Of a stretch of DNA of 64,000 nt, positions 36,353-46,781 are shown piece after piece. Position 1 is the first letter of the stretch; every line of letters begins with the position of its first letter. The notes below the pieces were generated by a model. It ran no database searches, was not told the DNA's origin, and saw only the letters and a program-made list of their open reading frames with translations. Position numbers and translations under genes: made by a program. Source of the DNA: Thermodesulfobacteriota bacterium (GTDB lineage: Bacteria > Desulfobacterota > Desulfobulbia > Desulfobulbales > SURF-16); contig JBFMAY010000001.1 of NCBI GenBank assembly GCA_040755455.1, positions 128,001 through 192,000 of the forward strand. Reading direction: 5' to 3'.

Positions 36353-37081
36353 ATGCCTGATTTACAGAAAACCCTGGGATATCGTTATCTACATGACACC
36401 AAGTTTACCAGAAAAAATATCAGAGAAAAAGAAAGACCTGCCATCGCCCCGGCCCCGGCCTTTAAAGATTATCCGGCCGCGGAAAAGATTGCTTTGCCGG
36501 TAAACCCGGCAAAGCCACCGGCTGATCTGTGGCAGCTGCTGCAGCACCGGCGGTCCGAACGCCGATTTTCCGGCAGGCCCCTGAGCCTCGATGATCTTGC
36601 CCTCCTGCTCTGGGCCTGCCAGGGGGTAACCGCCCAGGCCGGGCCCTATCTGCTGCGCACCGCCCCGTCGGCGGGCGCCCTGTATCCCATTGAAACCTAT
36701 GTGGCGGCTGATCATGTTGGCGGACTGCCGCCCGGTCTGTTTCATTTCAACGTCCGAACATTCCAGCTTGAACGGCTGACGGACAGGGCGGTCGGACCTC
36801 TGGTGGCCCGGGCAGCCCTTGATCAGTCCTTTATCGGCCAGGCGGCGGCGGTTTTTATCTGGTCGGCGGTCCTGCGGCGCAACATGGCGAAATACGGCCA
36901 GCGGGGCATGCGCTATATCTGCATGGATGCCGCCCATATTTGTCAGAATCTGCTGCTGGCCGCCGGGGCGCTGGGCCGGCGGAGCTGTCCCGTGGCGGCA
37001 ATGTATGATGATGAACTCAATGACCTGCTGGGGCTTGACGGGGTGGAGGAGAGTGTGATCTCTCTGGCGCCGGTGGGCTGA
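36353..37081 (+). CDS. SagB/ThcOx-family nitroreductase-fold flavoprotein
   Basis: RRSERRF, RTAPSAGALYP.E, KYG.RG.RY..MDAAH..QN. Confidence 0.9.
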   Translation: MPDLQKTLGYRYLHDTKFTRKNIREKERPAIAPAPAFKDYPAAEKIALPVNPAKPPADLWQLLQHRRSERRFSGRPLSLDDLALLLWACQGVTAQAGPYLLRTAPSAGALYPIETYVAADHVGGLPPGLFHFNVRTFQLERLTDRAVGPLVARAALDQSFIGQAAAVFIWSAVLRRNMAKYGQRGMRYICMDAAHICQNLLLAAGALGRRSCPVAAMYDDELNDLLGLDGVEESVISLAPVG

Positions 37082-37096
37082 TGGACGATTGCGGCC

Positions 37097-38884
37097 TTAC
37101 TTGCTGAGTTTGGGCACGGAGCGGCATTCAAGAAAGATCCGATTGCTACAGCGGCCGCAGATCTGCCGGTCAAGCTTGGCGAAAATCCCGGCAATGGCCT
37201 CCGCCTTGGATTCGTAAAGGTAGTCCGTACCGATATCAAGCAGATAGCCGGTCAGCCTGAAATGGGAGCAGATGCCCTCCTTGATGCCGTACAGGTACAG
37301 TCTGCCCCCTGCTTCCTTTCGCTCTTTGGCCAGATGGACAAGAAATTCCGCTCCGGCCATGTCGATGAAGTTGATGCCGCTCGCCACCACCAGCAGATGT
37401 TTCTGGTCGGGATTTTCGCATTGCATCTCCTGCAGTCTCTCCTGGACATGGTTCACCGCCCCGAAGTAGAGAGAGCCGTCGATACGGATGATTTTCAGTT
37501 GCGGACACTCCGGCAGTACGGGGTCGGTGACGAAAGGCCGTTCATCAAGACGCGGGTCCGGCACCCGGGTGAGAATGCGCGGGTGGGAGGTGCGGTTGAG
37601 GTACATGACCAGGGAGAAGATAACCCCAAGCAGAATGGCGAACTCAAGCTCCAGAAACAGGGTGGCGAAAAAGGTGGTGCACATGATGACGCTTTCGGCA
37701 CGGCTGGTCCTGAATATCTTGCCTATATGGCGGAAATCCATGAGGCCCCAGGCAACCAGAAAAAGAATACCGGCCATGGCCGCGTTGGGCAGAAAAGCGG
37801 CAAGAGGGGCGATCAGGATGACAAGAACGATAAGCAGTACACCGGCAAACACGGCGGCCAGCGGGGTTTTGGCCCCGGCCTGATAGTTCAGCCCGCTGCG
37901 GTTGAATGAACCGGTAGCCACATATCCCGAGAAAAAACAGCCGACCATGTTTGACAGCCCCTGGCCGATGAACTCCTGGTTGCAGTCCAGGTTCTGCCCG
38001 GTCCGGTCGGCCAGGGAGCGGGCGATGGACACGGCCTCGGTCAGGGCAAAGAGGGTTGTTGCCAACGCTGCCGGGGCCAGCATGGTGATATTGGTCAGGG
38101 TGATATGGGGGGCAGACAGGGGCGGCAGGGTTGACGGCAGGGCGCCCACAGAGGCAATCTGCGTCACCTCAGGCCCCAGCATGCGGGACATGAGCAAAGC
38201 AGCAAGGCTGCCCGCCAGCATGGAGACTATCATGTAGGGGAATTTCGGCCAGAAACGCCTGACCAGCAGGCCGGTAACCAAGGTGATCACGCCCACGGCT
38301 GCGACATAGGGGTTGATTTCGTCCCAGTGGCTGATCACCCCATGGATCGTCTCATGAAAATGCCTGGTCCGGGGCAGAATAAGCCCCAGGAAATGCTTGA
38401 ATTGACTGGAGGCAATGAGGATGGCCGCCCCCGCGGTGAAGCCCACCACCACGGAATGGGAAATGAAATTGACCAGGGTGCCGAAACGGGCCAGGCCCAT
38501 GATAAACTGGATGAGCCCCACCATCATGGTGAGCGTCAGGGCAAGCTCAACGTACTCCGCGCTGCCCGGCGCCGCATGGATGCTGAGCGAGGAAAAGAGG
38601 ACGATGGATGCCGCCGTGGTCGGTCCTGAAACCAGCAGCCAGGAAGAGCCGAACAGCGCGGCCACAATGGCCGGCACCATGCCGGCATAAAGACCGTATT
38701 CCGGCGGCATGCCGGCGATGGTGGCAAAGGCCACCCCCTGGGGCAGGGCAACGATGGCGCCGGTGAGGCCGGCGATCAGATCAGCGCGGCAGGTCCTGGC
38801 GGTAACTCGGGGCCACCATTTCAGGAAGGGAAGAAAGTAACTCTGCCAGTTTTGCTGGTCAGCATGGCAACATTTTTGTTCCAT
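37097..38884 (-). CDS. SulP-family anion transporter with STAS domain
   Basis: DLIAGLT...PQGVAFA, GPT, NQEFIGQG, GSFNRS, STAS (IRIDGSLYFG, FIDMAG), C-terminal CGRC..RIFLEC. Confidence 0.93.
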   Translation of the reverse strand: MEQKCCHADQQNWQSYFLPFLKWWPRVTARTCRADLIAGLTGAIVALPQGVAFATIAGMPPEYGLYAGMVPAIVAALFGSSWLLVSGPTTAASIVLFSSLSIHAAPGSAEYVELALTLTMMVGLIQFIMGLARFGTLVNFISHSVVVGFTAGAAILIASSQFKHFLGLILPRTRHFHETIHGVISHWDEINPYVAAVGVITLVTGLLVRRFWPKFPYMIVSMLAGSLAALLMSRMLGPEVTQIASVGALPSTLPPLSAPHITLTNITMLAPAALATTLFALTEAVSIARSLADRTGQNLDCNQEFIGQGLSNMVGCFFSGYVATGSFNRSGLNYQAGAKTPLAAVFAGVLLIVLVILIAPLAAFLPNAAMAGILFLVAWGLMDFRHIGKIFRTSRAESVIMCTTFFATLFLELEFAILLGVIFSLVMYLNRTSHPRILTRVPDPRLDERPFVTDPVLPECPQLKIIRIDGSLYFGAVNHVQERLQEMQCENPDQKHLLVVASGINFIDMAGAEFLVHLAKERKEAGGRLYLYGIKEGICSHFRLTGYLLDIGTDYLYESKAEAIAGIFAKLDRQICGRCSNRIFLECRSVPKLSK

Positions 38885-39139
38885 TTCATCAGCCGGATAA
38901 AAGAGTTTGAGAAAATGATGGTTGCCGATTTGCCGATAAACAGACGGAAATGACCGGTCTGCCCGGTTGTTTTCATGATGCCTGACTTAGGTGTAACCTC
39001 TTTATAGTATATCCAAAAGATGAAGGCAAGAGACAATCACAGGGCATTTTTTTCTTGAAAATGAAGGTGTTGCCGCCGGAGGCCACGGCGGGCCTGGCGT
39101 TGCATTTTAAAATCGCTGCCCCAGCTGGCATTGCTGCTT

Positions 39140-39289
39140 ATGGTCCTGCAGGGCGTGACCGCCGCCCATATTTATTGAGGGATCATCCCCTTTGTCCTGC
39201 TGCAGCGTGCCGGGCTGCTGCTGGTTTTTGTCTTCCCCGGTCAGATCAGCTGCTTGCTGGAGAGTCGCCGCCTTTTCCCCGGATCATAA
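39140..39289 (+). pseudogene. Possible relic of the 3' end of a TRAP transporter large permease (DctM)
   Basis: Frame from 39140 reads MVLQGVTAAHIY*GIIPFVLLQRAGLLLVFVFPG, resembling the DctM C-terminus (IYRG..PF..LQ..GL......P), with an internal TGA at 39176. Confidence 0.5.
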
Positions 39290-39516
39290 ATTGCAAGATA
39301 ATTCACTTGAAAAGCAAACATCTATGGTGTAGTTGATATTGAGCGCAGTCCGTGCTGACGAGGGCAGTTCCGGGGTGCAAATCAAATAATGGAAAGAACA
39401 TGGAACGGTCTGCCGGGGAAGGACTGTGTGCGACATGACGGGATGCGCTATGCGTGGTTGAGGGCTTGCGTTGAGAAAAGTGGAGTGAAGAGCAACCTTT
39501 TGTCGAGGTAACGGGA

Positions 39517-39828
39517 ATGACGAGTAATTTGCGCGATAATTCGTTGGATGGCAGGCTTGCCCAGAGAATTTCGGCGGAAAAATTTGCCGAAAATTCTCCA
39601 ATGTCACTGACGATCCGCAATGTGAGAATGGAAACCGTGGAGGCCACCCTGTTAAACATCAGCGAAACGGGCATGGCTGTCGTCACCAATCATGAACTTG
39701 TCCTCGGCCAACTGGTAAGCATTACGGCAAACATCAAAAACAAAATTCCCAACAAGGCCGTGGTCATGTGGTCGTGCAAGGAAGACAGCGGCTTCCGCGC
39801 CGGGTTAAGGTTTGTCAGCTCCTTGTGA
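39517..39828 (+). CDS. Stand-alone PilZ-domain c-di-GMP effector
   Basis: RLAQR (RxxxR), NISETG (D/NxSxxG), A.V.W and GLRF. Confidence 0.82.
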   Translation: MTSNLRDNSLDGRLAQRISAEKFAENSPMSLTIRNVRMETVEATLLNISETGMAVVTNHELVLGQLVSITANIKNKIPNKAVVMWSCKEDSGFRAGLRFVSSL

Positions 39829-39985
39829 TTGTCCTTTGTCGAATCGTTATCAGTCCGGCCTAACTTTCTGCCGATCATTGACGGGAGGTTGGGCATTTTT
39901 TTTATGATCTTCCAGTAAACCAGAGATTTGCATTATTTCACCATCAACGTTGTCATTTTCTTTGCTTAAAAAAACAGGAGCCGGC

Positions 39986-42436
39986 ATGGCACGACGGGAA
40001 GCTGCCCAGAACATCTTTGTCAGGTTCGACAGGCTGCGGGACAGCCTGAAGCAGATTATTTTCGATCAGGACAAGGCCATTGACGAGGTGGTGGATGCCT
40101 TCATTCATACGGCCTACAAACCGGTTGCCGCACCGCCCAAGGCGATTTTTACCTTCCTGGGCCCTCCCTCGGTGGGCAAGAAGAGTCTTGCCCGGGCCCT
40201 GACCTCACATCTGGAGGAATATGCGGCTTTCAAGCAGTTTGATATGGAGCAGTTCGCCGATCCTGAGAGCGGGGCCCAGCTGTTTAGCCAGCGGTTGACC
40301 GCTGACGGGGTGCAGGAGGGGGAGTTGGCGGGGTTTATCAGGGAGCACCCGCAGTCCATTATTCTCTTTGATTCCATTGAAAAAGCGGACAATCAACTGC
40401 AATTGGCCCTGTTCAATCTGCTCACCCGCAACGAGGAGGAGAGCGGCATCAACTGCAGCGGCGTTATCGTGATATTCACCTCCAGCCTCGGCTGCAGTTT
40501 TTTCAAGGATAGAAAGTACCAGGAGGCTTTCAAGGAAAACAAGCTGCGCGCCCAGGCCCTGGTCATGGATGCCCTTTCCAAGGAAAAAAAGGCGGTCTAC
40601 GATACGGTGCAGAGCGCCATTGCCCCCAAGCTGCTGGCCGCCATGGCGCGCAATTTCATCATCCTGTTCAATTCCCTGAGCCTGGATACCCTGGTGCGCA
40701 TCGGGGGTGAATCCTTGCGCTGTCATTCAGAGCAGTTTGCCCAGCTCAGCAAAATGAAAGTGGAATATCATAATTTTGACCGGATCGCCACCCTGCTGAC
40801 CCTGTCATTTTCCCCCAATATCAGCGTTACGAGGCTGAAACAGAAACTGCCCGATCTCTTTCTCGGCAGGATCACGCGATTTGTTCGGGACCAGAGGAAG
40901 TATCCCCAGCATATCGTCTGCAGGCTTTCCAGGCAGGCCGATGCTTTCCTGGAGAAGATATGCCAGGACAAAGAGACATTGCTGGCGCGGCTTTACAAGA
41001 AAAACGAAACAGTGGATATCACCTGGAAAGAGACCCTGAGCGGTCAGAAACTGACCTGCGCCATCCACAAAGCGGAACTCAAAAGGCTGCCGCCGGCCAG
41101 TGATTTTTTCCGTGAACTGCTGCCGGGGGTGGAATTTTCCACCCTGGGCTTTAAGGATATAGCCGGCAATAAGAGCACCAAGAAGAATCTTAAACAGATT
41201 GTCAAAATTCTCCGCGAGCCTGAACTGCTGAAAAAATTCAACATCGACATGCCCAAAGGCATGCTGCTTTATGGACCTTCCGGAGTGGGCAAGACCATGC
41301 TGGCCAAGGCCTTTGCCCGGGAAACGGAAAGGCCGTTTGTCTATGTGTCCAGAAGCGATCTGTTTGATCCCGTCTATATCAGGAACGCCTATCTCAAGGC
41401 CAGGGAGTTTGCCCCGAGCATCGTCTTTCTTGACGGCATTGACGTCAAAGGCCTGATGGAGGGGGTCTATACCTCCATGCCGGATGACCAGCTGACCCTG
41501 GAGCTGGACGCCCTGTCCGGGGACCCAGAGGATTCCGTTTTCACCATCGCCACCGCCCAGATCAAGGCCGATGTCAGTCCCCGGGTCATTGCCCCCAACA
41601 GAATCGATATCTTTGTCGAGGTGCCCGAGCTTGACCGGGACGCCAGGCGCTTTTTCATCGAAAAGATTCTGGAGAAACCCAACGACGGCAAAATCAACGT
41701 GGAGCGGGTGATCCGCTATATCTCAGGCATGAGCGGCTATGATCTGCAGCGCATCGGCAAAGAGGCGTCCCTCTATGCCATCCGCAATGATCTGGACCGC
41801 ATCACCGAAGATATCCTCATCGAGGAGATCAATATCATCAAGTATGGCTATAAGCTGGAGAAGAAGCGCATCAGAAATCTTGAGCAGGATCTGAAAATCA
41901 CCGCCTACCACGAGGCCGGCCACGCGGTGCTGTCGCATCTGCTGCTGCCGGATATCAAGATTGAGCAGGTGACCATCGCGCCGCGGCTCAAATCCATGGG
42001 ATTCATCTCCTACAGCATGGAGGATTTTCCCGGCAACATCTCCAGGGATGAGGTCTTTGACAACATCTGCGTGCTGCTTGGCGGGCGCACGGCCAGCATC
42101 AGGAAATTCGGCAGCAAGGGGATCGACACCGGCGCGGCAAACGACCTGGAGGTCGCCACCCATCAGGCCTATGCCGCGGTCGCCAGTCTGGGCATGGATG
42201 AGGAGATCGGCTATGTGCACACCGATACCCTTTCCCAGAATGTCAGCAAGCAGATGTTTCTCACCAAGGTTGAGACGCGGGTCAGCCATTGGATGCGCGA
42301 GGCGAGCGCCAAGGCGGAGACGCTGGTGGAAAAGCACTGGGATAAGGTGGAGCAGCTGGCCTCGATCCTCATCCGTCAGGAAATTGTCGACGGCGTCGAA
42401 CTGGAAAAGATCATGAAGGGGCTCAAGGACTCCTAG
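39986..42436 (+). CDS. Soluble fusion: ClpB-D2-like AAA module + FtsH-like AAA module + M41 zinc peptidase
   Basis: DQDKAI..V, FTFLGPPSVGK, IILFDSIEKA; PKGMLLYGPSGVGKT; AYHEAGH, LGGR, GAANDL. No TM segment. AGGAG RBS before ATG 39986. Confidence 0.88.
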   Translation: MARREAAQNIFVRFDRLRDSLKQIIFDQDKAIDEVVDAFIHTAYKPVAAPPKAIFTFLGPPSVGKKSLARALTSHLEEYAAFKQFDMEQFADPESGAQLFSQRLTADGVQEGELAGFIREHPQSIILFDSIEKADNQLQLALFNLLTRNEEESGINCSGVIVIFTSSLGCSFFKDRKYQEAFKENKLRAQALVMDALSKEKKAVYDTVQSAIAPKLLAAMARNFIILFNSLSLDTLVRIGGESLRCHSEQFAQLSKMKVEYHNFDRIATLLTLSFSPNISVTRLKQKLPDLFLGRITRFVRDQRKYPQHIVCRLSRQADAFLEKICQDKETLLARLYKKNETVDITWKETLSGQKLTCAIHKAELKRLPPASDFFRELLPGVEFSTLGFKDIAGNKSTKKNLKQIVKILREPELLKKFNIDMPKGMLLYGPSGVGKTMLAKAFARETERPFVYVSRSDLFDPVYIRNAYLKAREFAPSIVFLDGIDVKGLMEGVYTSMPDDQLTLELDALSGDPEDSVFTIATAQIKADVSPRVIAPNRIDIFVEVPELDRDARRFFIEKILEKPNDGKINVERVIRYISGMSGYDLQRIGKEASLYAIRNDLDRITEDILIEEINIIKYGYKLEKKRIRNLEQDLKITAYHEAGHAVLSHLLLPDIKIEQVTIAPRLKSMGFISYSMEDFPGNISRDEVFDNICVLLGGRTASIRKFGSKGIDTGAANDLEVATHQAYAAVASLGMDEEIGYVHTDTLSQNVSKQMFLTKVETRVSHWMREASAKAETLVEKHWDKVEQLASILIRQEIVDGVELEKIMKGLKDS

Positions 42437-42445
42437 GAGGGCGTC

Positions 42446-43108
42446 ATGCCAGAGCAATTCCGCTGCGAGCTTGTCTCCTGGAACAAGATGTACAATATGA
42501 CCCGGCTGCTGGCCGCAAAGATCAAGCAGCAGGGCTTTGCCCCGGACATGATCGTGGCCATCGCCAGGGGCGGTTGCATCCCGGCGCGGATACTGTGCGA
42601 TCACCTGGACATCAGCCGGCTGACCACTATACAGGTGACCCACTACGAGTCAGGGGCCAGCAAGAAAAAAAGCGCGCATCTCATCGAGGCCTTGCGGGCG
42701 GATATCCGGGGCAGCAAGGTGCTCATTGTTGATGATGTCAATGACACCGGCCAGACCCTGGAGCTGGCCCTGCAGCACATGCAGAGTTTTCATCCGGCCG
42801 AGGCCAGGGTGGCCGTGCTGCACGATAAGCAGGTTTCCACCTTCTCCCCGGACTTTTACGTGGCAAAGGTGCGAAAATGGCGGTGGATCATCTATCCGTG
42901 GGCGGTGATTGAGGATGTGGGCGGCCTGCTCGGCAGGAGGGCGACAAGACCGGCAACGCCGGCGGAGGCGGCCCAGGTTTTTGCCCAGGAGTTTGCCTGC
43001 CGGCTGCCCCGGCAGATTGTGGAGGATGTGTATGCCCTGGCCGGCTGGACGGAACCGCCTGCCGACAGATGTGTCTCCATCCTGCAGACAGCGCAAAAAA
43101 GCAAGTGA
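42446..43108 (+). CDS. Type I phosphoribosyltransferase (xanthine/hypoxanthine-guanine PRT-like)
   Basis: IARGG, PRPP motif VLIVDDVNDTG.T, WIIYPW. AGGAGG RBS overlaps the upstream stop. Confidence 0.9.
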   Translation: MPEQFRCELVSWNKMYNMTRLLAAKIKQQGFAPDMIVAIARGGCIPARILCDHLDISRLTTIQVTHYESGASKKKSAHLIEALRADIRGSKVLIVDDVNDTGQTLELALQHMQSFHPAEARVAVLHDKQVSTFSPDFYVAKVRKWRWIIYPWAVIEDVGGLLGRRATRPATPAEAAQVFAQEFACRLPRQIVEDVYALAGWTEPPADRCVSILQTAQKSK

Positions 43109-43304
43109 TTTTATTATGCTGCAGACAGTTATTTCCCTTTACTGGTTATAAAAGGGGAGGTAATATCGAATAAAAATTGCTGACAAGGGAGAAAAATGTG
43201 CCCTTGCGGCGTGAAAGAAATAGGCAAGCGGTACTATCCACCGTGCTATCAGAAAGAAATACTGTTAACCATTTATCAACAACCAATAATTGAGGAAGAA
43301 ATCA

Positions 43305-43622
43305 ATGAAACTGATGAGTAAAGCTGTTGCTTTTGGCCTTATGTCCCTGCTGGCCACCGGCATGATCGCCTGCGAACAGAAAAAAGAAAAAGCTGAAGTA
43401 GCGCCTGCGGAAAAAGCCGCGCCGGCGGTTGAGCAAACGGCCCCTGCCGCGGAAGTTCAGGCCCCTGCTGCGGAAGTTCAGGCTCCTGCTGCAGCGCCCC
43501 AGGCCCCCGTTGAAGAGGTAATTCCCCCAGAAGAAGAACAACCGGTTGATGTCCCCTCACCCGACAGTGAGCCCCAGGCTGAAGGGCAGCCGGCCCAGGC
43601 CCCTGCCGCCGACAAGCATTGA
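43305..43622 (+). CDS. Ala/Pro/Glu-rich low-complexity lipoprotein
   Basis: Signal peptide with lipobox MIAC, APAAEVQ repeats, followed by a terminator. Confidence 0.75.
   Translation: MKLMSKAVAFGLMSLLATGMIACEQKKEKAEVAPAEKAAPAVEQTAPAAEVQAPAAEVQAPAAAPQAPVEEVIPPEEEQPVDVPSPDSEPQAEGQPAQAPAADKH
43440..43502 (+). repeat. In-frame 21-bp tandem repeat (2 near-identical units plus 1 diverged)
   Basis: gcccctgccgcggaagttcag / gcccctgctgcggaagttcag / gctcctgctgcagcgccccag. Confidence 0.85.
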
Positions 43623-43637
43623 TGCATGATTGATTTC

Positions 43638-43671
43638 CGGGGGCGGCGCAGTTGGCTGCCCTCGTTTTTTT
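43638..43671 (+). terminator. Intrinsic terminator
   Basis: cgggggcggc-gcagttg-gctgccctcg stem-loop followed by T7. Confidence 0.75.
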
Positions 43672-43872
43672 ATCGCTCCGCTTTTTCTCTCCTGATTTTG
43701 CCCCTGATGCGGTCTGTACCTGGAATTCCTTCCACTCCTTGACGGGACTTGTTTATTGTTCATCCAAAAGGCAGTACATGCCCTGCTGCAGGAAGTAAAA
43801 CCCTGCCCGACCCGCGGGAATGCAACGAGGGGTTACAGGGCAGGTTGCCGGCGAACGGGCCTCCTTTGCCGA

Positions 43873-44727
43873 TCAGTGGTCAGCGCCGATCACGACAACC
43901 CTGTTGCGTCCCTCATTTTTCGCCTGATAGAGGGCCTTGTCGGCATTGTTGATCAGGGTGTGCAGATCAACAGCTGTCGTCCGGCCATGGTTGAAACCCG
44001 CTACTCCTATACTCACGGTGATTTTGATGGCAGGATGGCAGGACTCTTCATCCTGCGTGGCCATTTCCGTCGCGGCAATTTTCCGGCGTAAACGCTCCGC
44101 CAGCACAGCGGCGTGCGAGGCGATGGTGTTCGGCATGATGACCAGCACCTCTTCCCCGCCGTAGCGGGCCACAATGTCAATATCCCGCACGGTTGATAAG
44201 ATCAGCTGGGCGAGCTTCTGCAGCACCAGGTCGCCGGTCTGGTGCCCGCAGGTGTCGTTGACCATTTTAAAGCGATCAATATCAAGCAGCAGGATGGCAA
44301 GGGGCAGATTATATCTTTGCGACCGTAAAAATTCTTCCTTGAGACGGCGGTCCAGATAGCGGCGGTTAAAAATACCCAGCAGGGGATCGGAGATGTTCTC
44401 CTGCTCAAGAATATTGATCCGCTGGAGATCAATAACTGTTTTCCACGACAGAAAGCAGACCAGCAGCACAAAAATGGCGCCCCCCAGAAACACTCCCGGC
44501 ACTAACAGTCCGGAAAAGGAGCTGCAGTTCCTCCAGTTGACAAAACCGTAAGTAATATATCCGGCGATAAAGAAGAGGATCAACAGGGTCAGGACATTCC
44601 ACAGCGAGCGGGCCGATCCCTTAGGAAGCTCCCAGGTCAGTTTCCAGACCGGAAAGAGGGCGACGGTGAGAATGATCGTCCCTGCGCTGAGCAGGCCATT
44701 CATCAGATAAAATGTGACATTTTCCAC
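43873..44727 (-). CDS. Membrane-anchored diguanylate cyclase
   Basis: 3 N-terminal TM, DPLLGIFNRR, RDID I-site, GGEEV variant active site. Confidence 0.9.
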   Translation of the reverse strand: MENVTFYLMNGLLSAGTIILTVALFPVWKLTWELPKGSARSLWNVLTLLILFFIAGYITYGFVNWRNCSSFSGLLVPGVFLGGAIFVLLVCFLSWKTVIDLQRINILEQENISDPLLGIFNRRYLDRRLKEEFLRSQRYNLPLAILLLDIDRFKMVNDTCGHQTGDLVLQKLAQLILSTVRDIDIVARYGGEEVLVIMPNTIASHAAVLAERLRRKIAATEMATQDEESCHPAIKITVSIGVAGFNHGRTTAVDLHTLINNADKALYQAKNEGRNRVVVIGADH

Positions 44728-45099
44728 TGGTAGTCCACAATAATCAGCATCCTGTCTTTGCCATCAATCCTGCAGCAATTTTGAGCGGGTAGCAAAATAA
44801 CCGGCAGTGGCGGCAATTGCCATATTTTATTGTAAACAGATTATTTTTCTCAATTGGGGACATTATGGCAGTTGGCCGGCGGCTGATCAAGAAAAATACC
44901 ATGAGTGGGAAAATGGATGCTCTGCGCAAATGCACCAGGCAGGGAGGTCAAATTGTACGGGGGCACATGGTTGATGATATAAGTTGATAATCAATTTCGG
45001 GAAATTATATAATAAGGCAATGAACGGACGGCCCGTTATCAGTCTTGCCTCATGAGCCCGCTCGGATTGTTTCCCCACCAACAATGGAGATGTTTCCTC

Positions 45100-46767
45100 A
45101 TGAAAAAAATGTCGCTCAGGTTGAAGATATCCTGCATCATGATTTTCATCGCAGTTGTGACAGCCTGCTTCTTCGCTGTTTTTATGTATCAGCGCAACAT
45201 CAATAAAGCGTATGATGATGCCCGGGGCTACGCCGATGATCTGCTGGCCAGAACCGTGCAGATGTTCATGGTTTCCACCACCAGATTTCACGATGACTTT
45301 CAGCGGACGCAAGGGAATCCTGAGGAAAGAAAAAAGATCCTGAATGATTGGAACCGGACGATCTTTGCCGTGGATCAGGCCGTTATTCATGACCATGGGG
45401 CGGACAAGCCGAGAGTGAGGTTGATTGGCGATAAGCAGCTTTTTCAATATGCGCCCCTGGGCGGCGACAATACGAAAATACAGATACCATTTGAAACGGA
45501 AGCGGGGAAATCCCTGTTGCATGGCGAGAGTAAAGTCGAAAAGATTGAGGACGGTTTTCTGCGGGTGGCCATCCCCCTATGGAGTGATGTCTTCATCGGA
45601 TGTGCGGAATGTCATTTTTCCGAGGTTGAAAATGACCAGGCCGATATGAACCGGCATATCCTGCTGGGGACCTTGAATGCCTATATGCCACTGCAGCAGA
45701 TGGTGGCCCAGGCAAGAATTGACGCGGTGGTCATCATTGCGCTGTTCATACTGGCCGTGTTCATGCTGATCGGTGTTGTCTATTGGTTGGTCAGCCTCTC
45801 AGTGGTGAAGCCGTTTGTGGTGGAAATCGACAGCCTCAATGGCAGTGCGGAGCATGTGTCCCTTTCTTCCCGGCAACTCTATGCCGCAAGTCTTGCCATG
45901 GCCGAGGGTGCTTCGGAACAGGCGGCATCCATCGAGGAGACGTCGGCATCCCTGGAGGAAATGTCCTCCATGACCAGGCGCAACGCCGATAATGCCCATC
46001 AGGCTGACAGTTTCACCCGGGAGGCAAGCCAACTGGTGACAACGGCCAATGATTCCATGGGCAAACTGAGTGGCTCCATGGAGGAAATTTCCAAGGCCAG
46101 CGATGAAACATCGAAAATCATTAAAACCATCGATGAGATCGCCTTCCAGACCAATCTGCTGGCGCTCAATGCGGCGGTGGAGGCGGCCCGTGCCGGGGAG
46201 GCCGGCGCAGGGTTTGCCGTGGTTGCCGATGAGGTGCGGAACCTTGCTTTACGGGCCGCCAATGCAGCAAGGGATACCGCAGGGCTCATTGAGGCGACGG
46301 TGAGCAAGGTAAAGGACGGGAAAAATCTTGTCGGAGCAACAAACAGTTCTTTTGCCGAGGTGTCCACCAGTGTCGGCAAGGTCAGCCAGCTCGTGACTGA
46401 AATCGCTTCAGCCTCCACTGAGCAGGCGAAAGGCATTGATCAGATCAACCGCGCAGTGACGGAAATGGACAAGGTTATCCAGCAGAATGCCGCCAATGCC
46501 GAACAATGCGCCGCGACTTCGGAACAGATGGAGCTGCAGTCCGGCAAGATGAAGGGGGTGGTCCGGAGTTTGCTGAGGTTAATCAAGGGGGATGACAGCG
46601 GCAGCGATGCGGTTGCCCCGGCCCAGGTCGTAAGACCTGCGCCGAAAAAATCTGCTGCCGCGCCCGCCCAGGTCGAGCAAAAACGGCAGGAATCCATTCC
46701 TGGACCCAAAAAACTTGAATTAAAGAAAGAGATTAAGGCAAATGATAATGATTTTGAGGAGTTTTAG
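45100..46767 (+). CDS. Methyl-accepting chemotaxis protein with periplasmic c-type heme sensor
   Basis: 2 TM, periplasmic CAECH (CxxCH), [34 protein letters not shown]. Confidence 0.93.
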   Translation: MKKMSLRLKISCIMIFIAVVTACFFAVFMYQRNINKAYDDARGYADDLLARTVQMFMVSTTRFHDDFQRTQGNPEERKKILNDWNRTIFAVDQAVIHDHGADKPRVRLIGDKQLFQYAPLGGDNTKIQIPFETEAGKSLLHGESKVEKIEDGFLRVAIPLWSDVFIGCAECHFSEVENDQADMNRHILLGTLNAYMPLQQMVAQARIDAVVIIALFILAVFMLIGVVYWLVSLSVVKPFVVEIDSLNGSAEHVSLSSRQLYAASLAMAEGASEQAASIEETSASLEEMSSMTRRNADNAHQADSFTREASQLVTTANDSMGKLSGSMEEISKASDETSKIIKTIDEIAFQTNLLALNAAVEAARAGEAGAGFAVVADEVRNLALRAANAARDTAGLIEATVSKVKDGKNLVGATNSSFAEVSTSVGKVSQLVTEIASASTEQAKGIDQINRAVTEMDKVIQQNAANAEQCAATSEQMELQSGKMKGVVRSLLRLIKGDDSGSDAVAPAQVVRPAPKKSAAAPAQVEQKRQESIPGPKKLELKKEIKANDNDFEEF

Positions 46768-46781
46768 CTGGCGGCCGCGCA

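Noticed and set aside
36353..37081. SagB/ThcOx gene as evidence of a RiPP cluster
   Set aside because: No YcaO, precursor peptide or dedicated exporter nearby; stand-alone members of this family are common.
39176..39178. In-frame TGA as selenocysteine readthrough
   Set aside because: The position corresponds to Arg/Lys in DctM-like sequences, not Cys, and the fragment lacks the rest of the gene.
44972..44996. TTGAT/ATCAA as an FNR box upstream of the MCP
   Set aside because: Half-site spacing is 1 nt, not the required 4.
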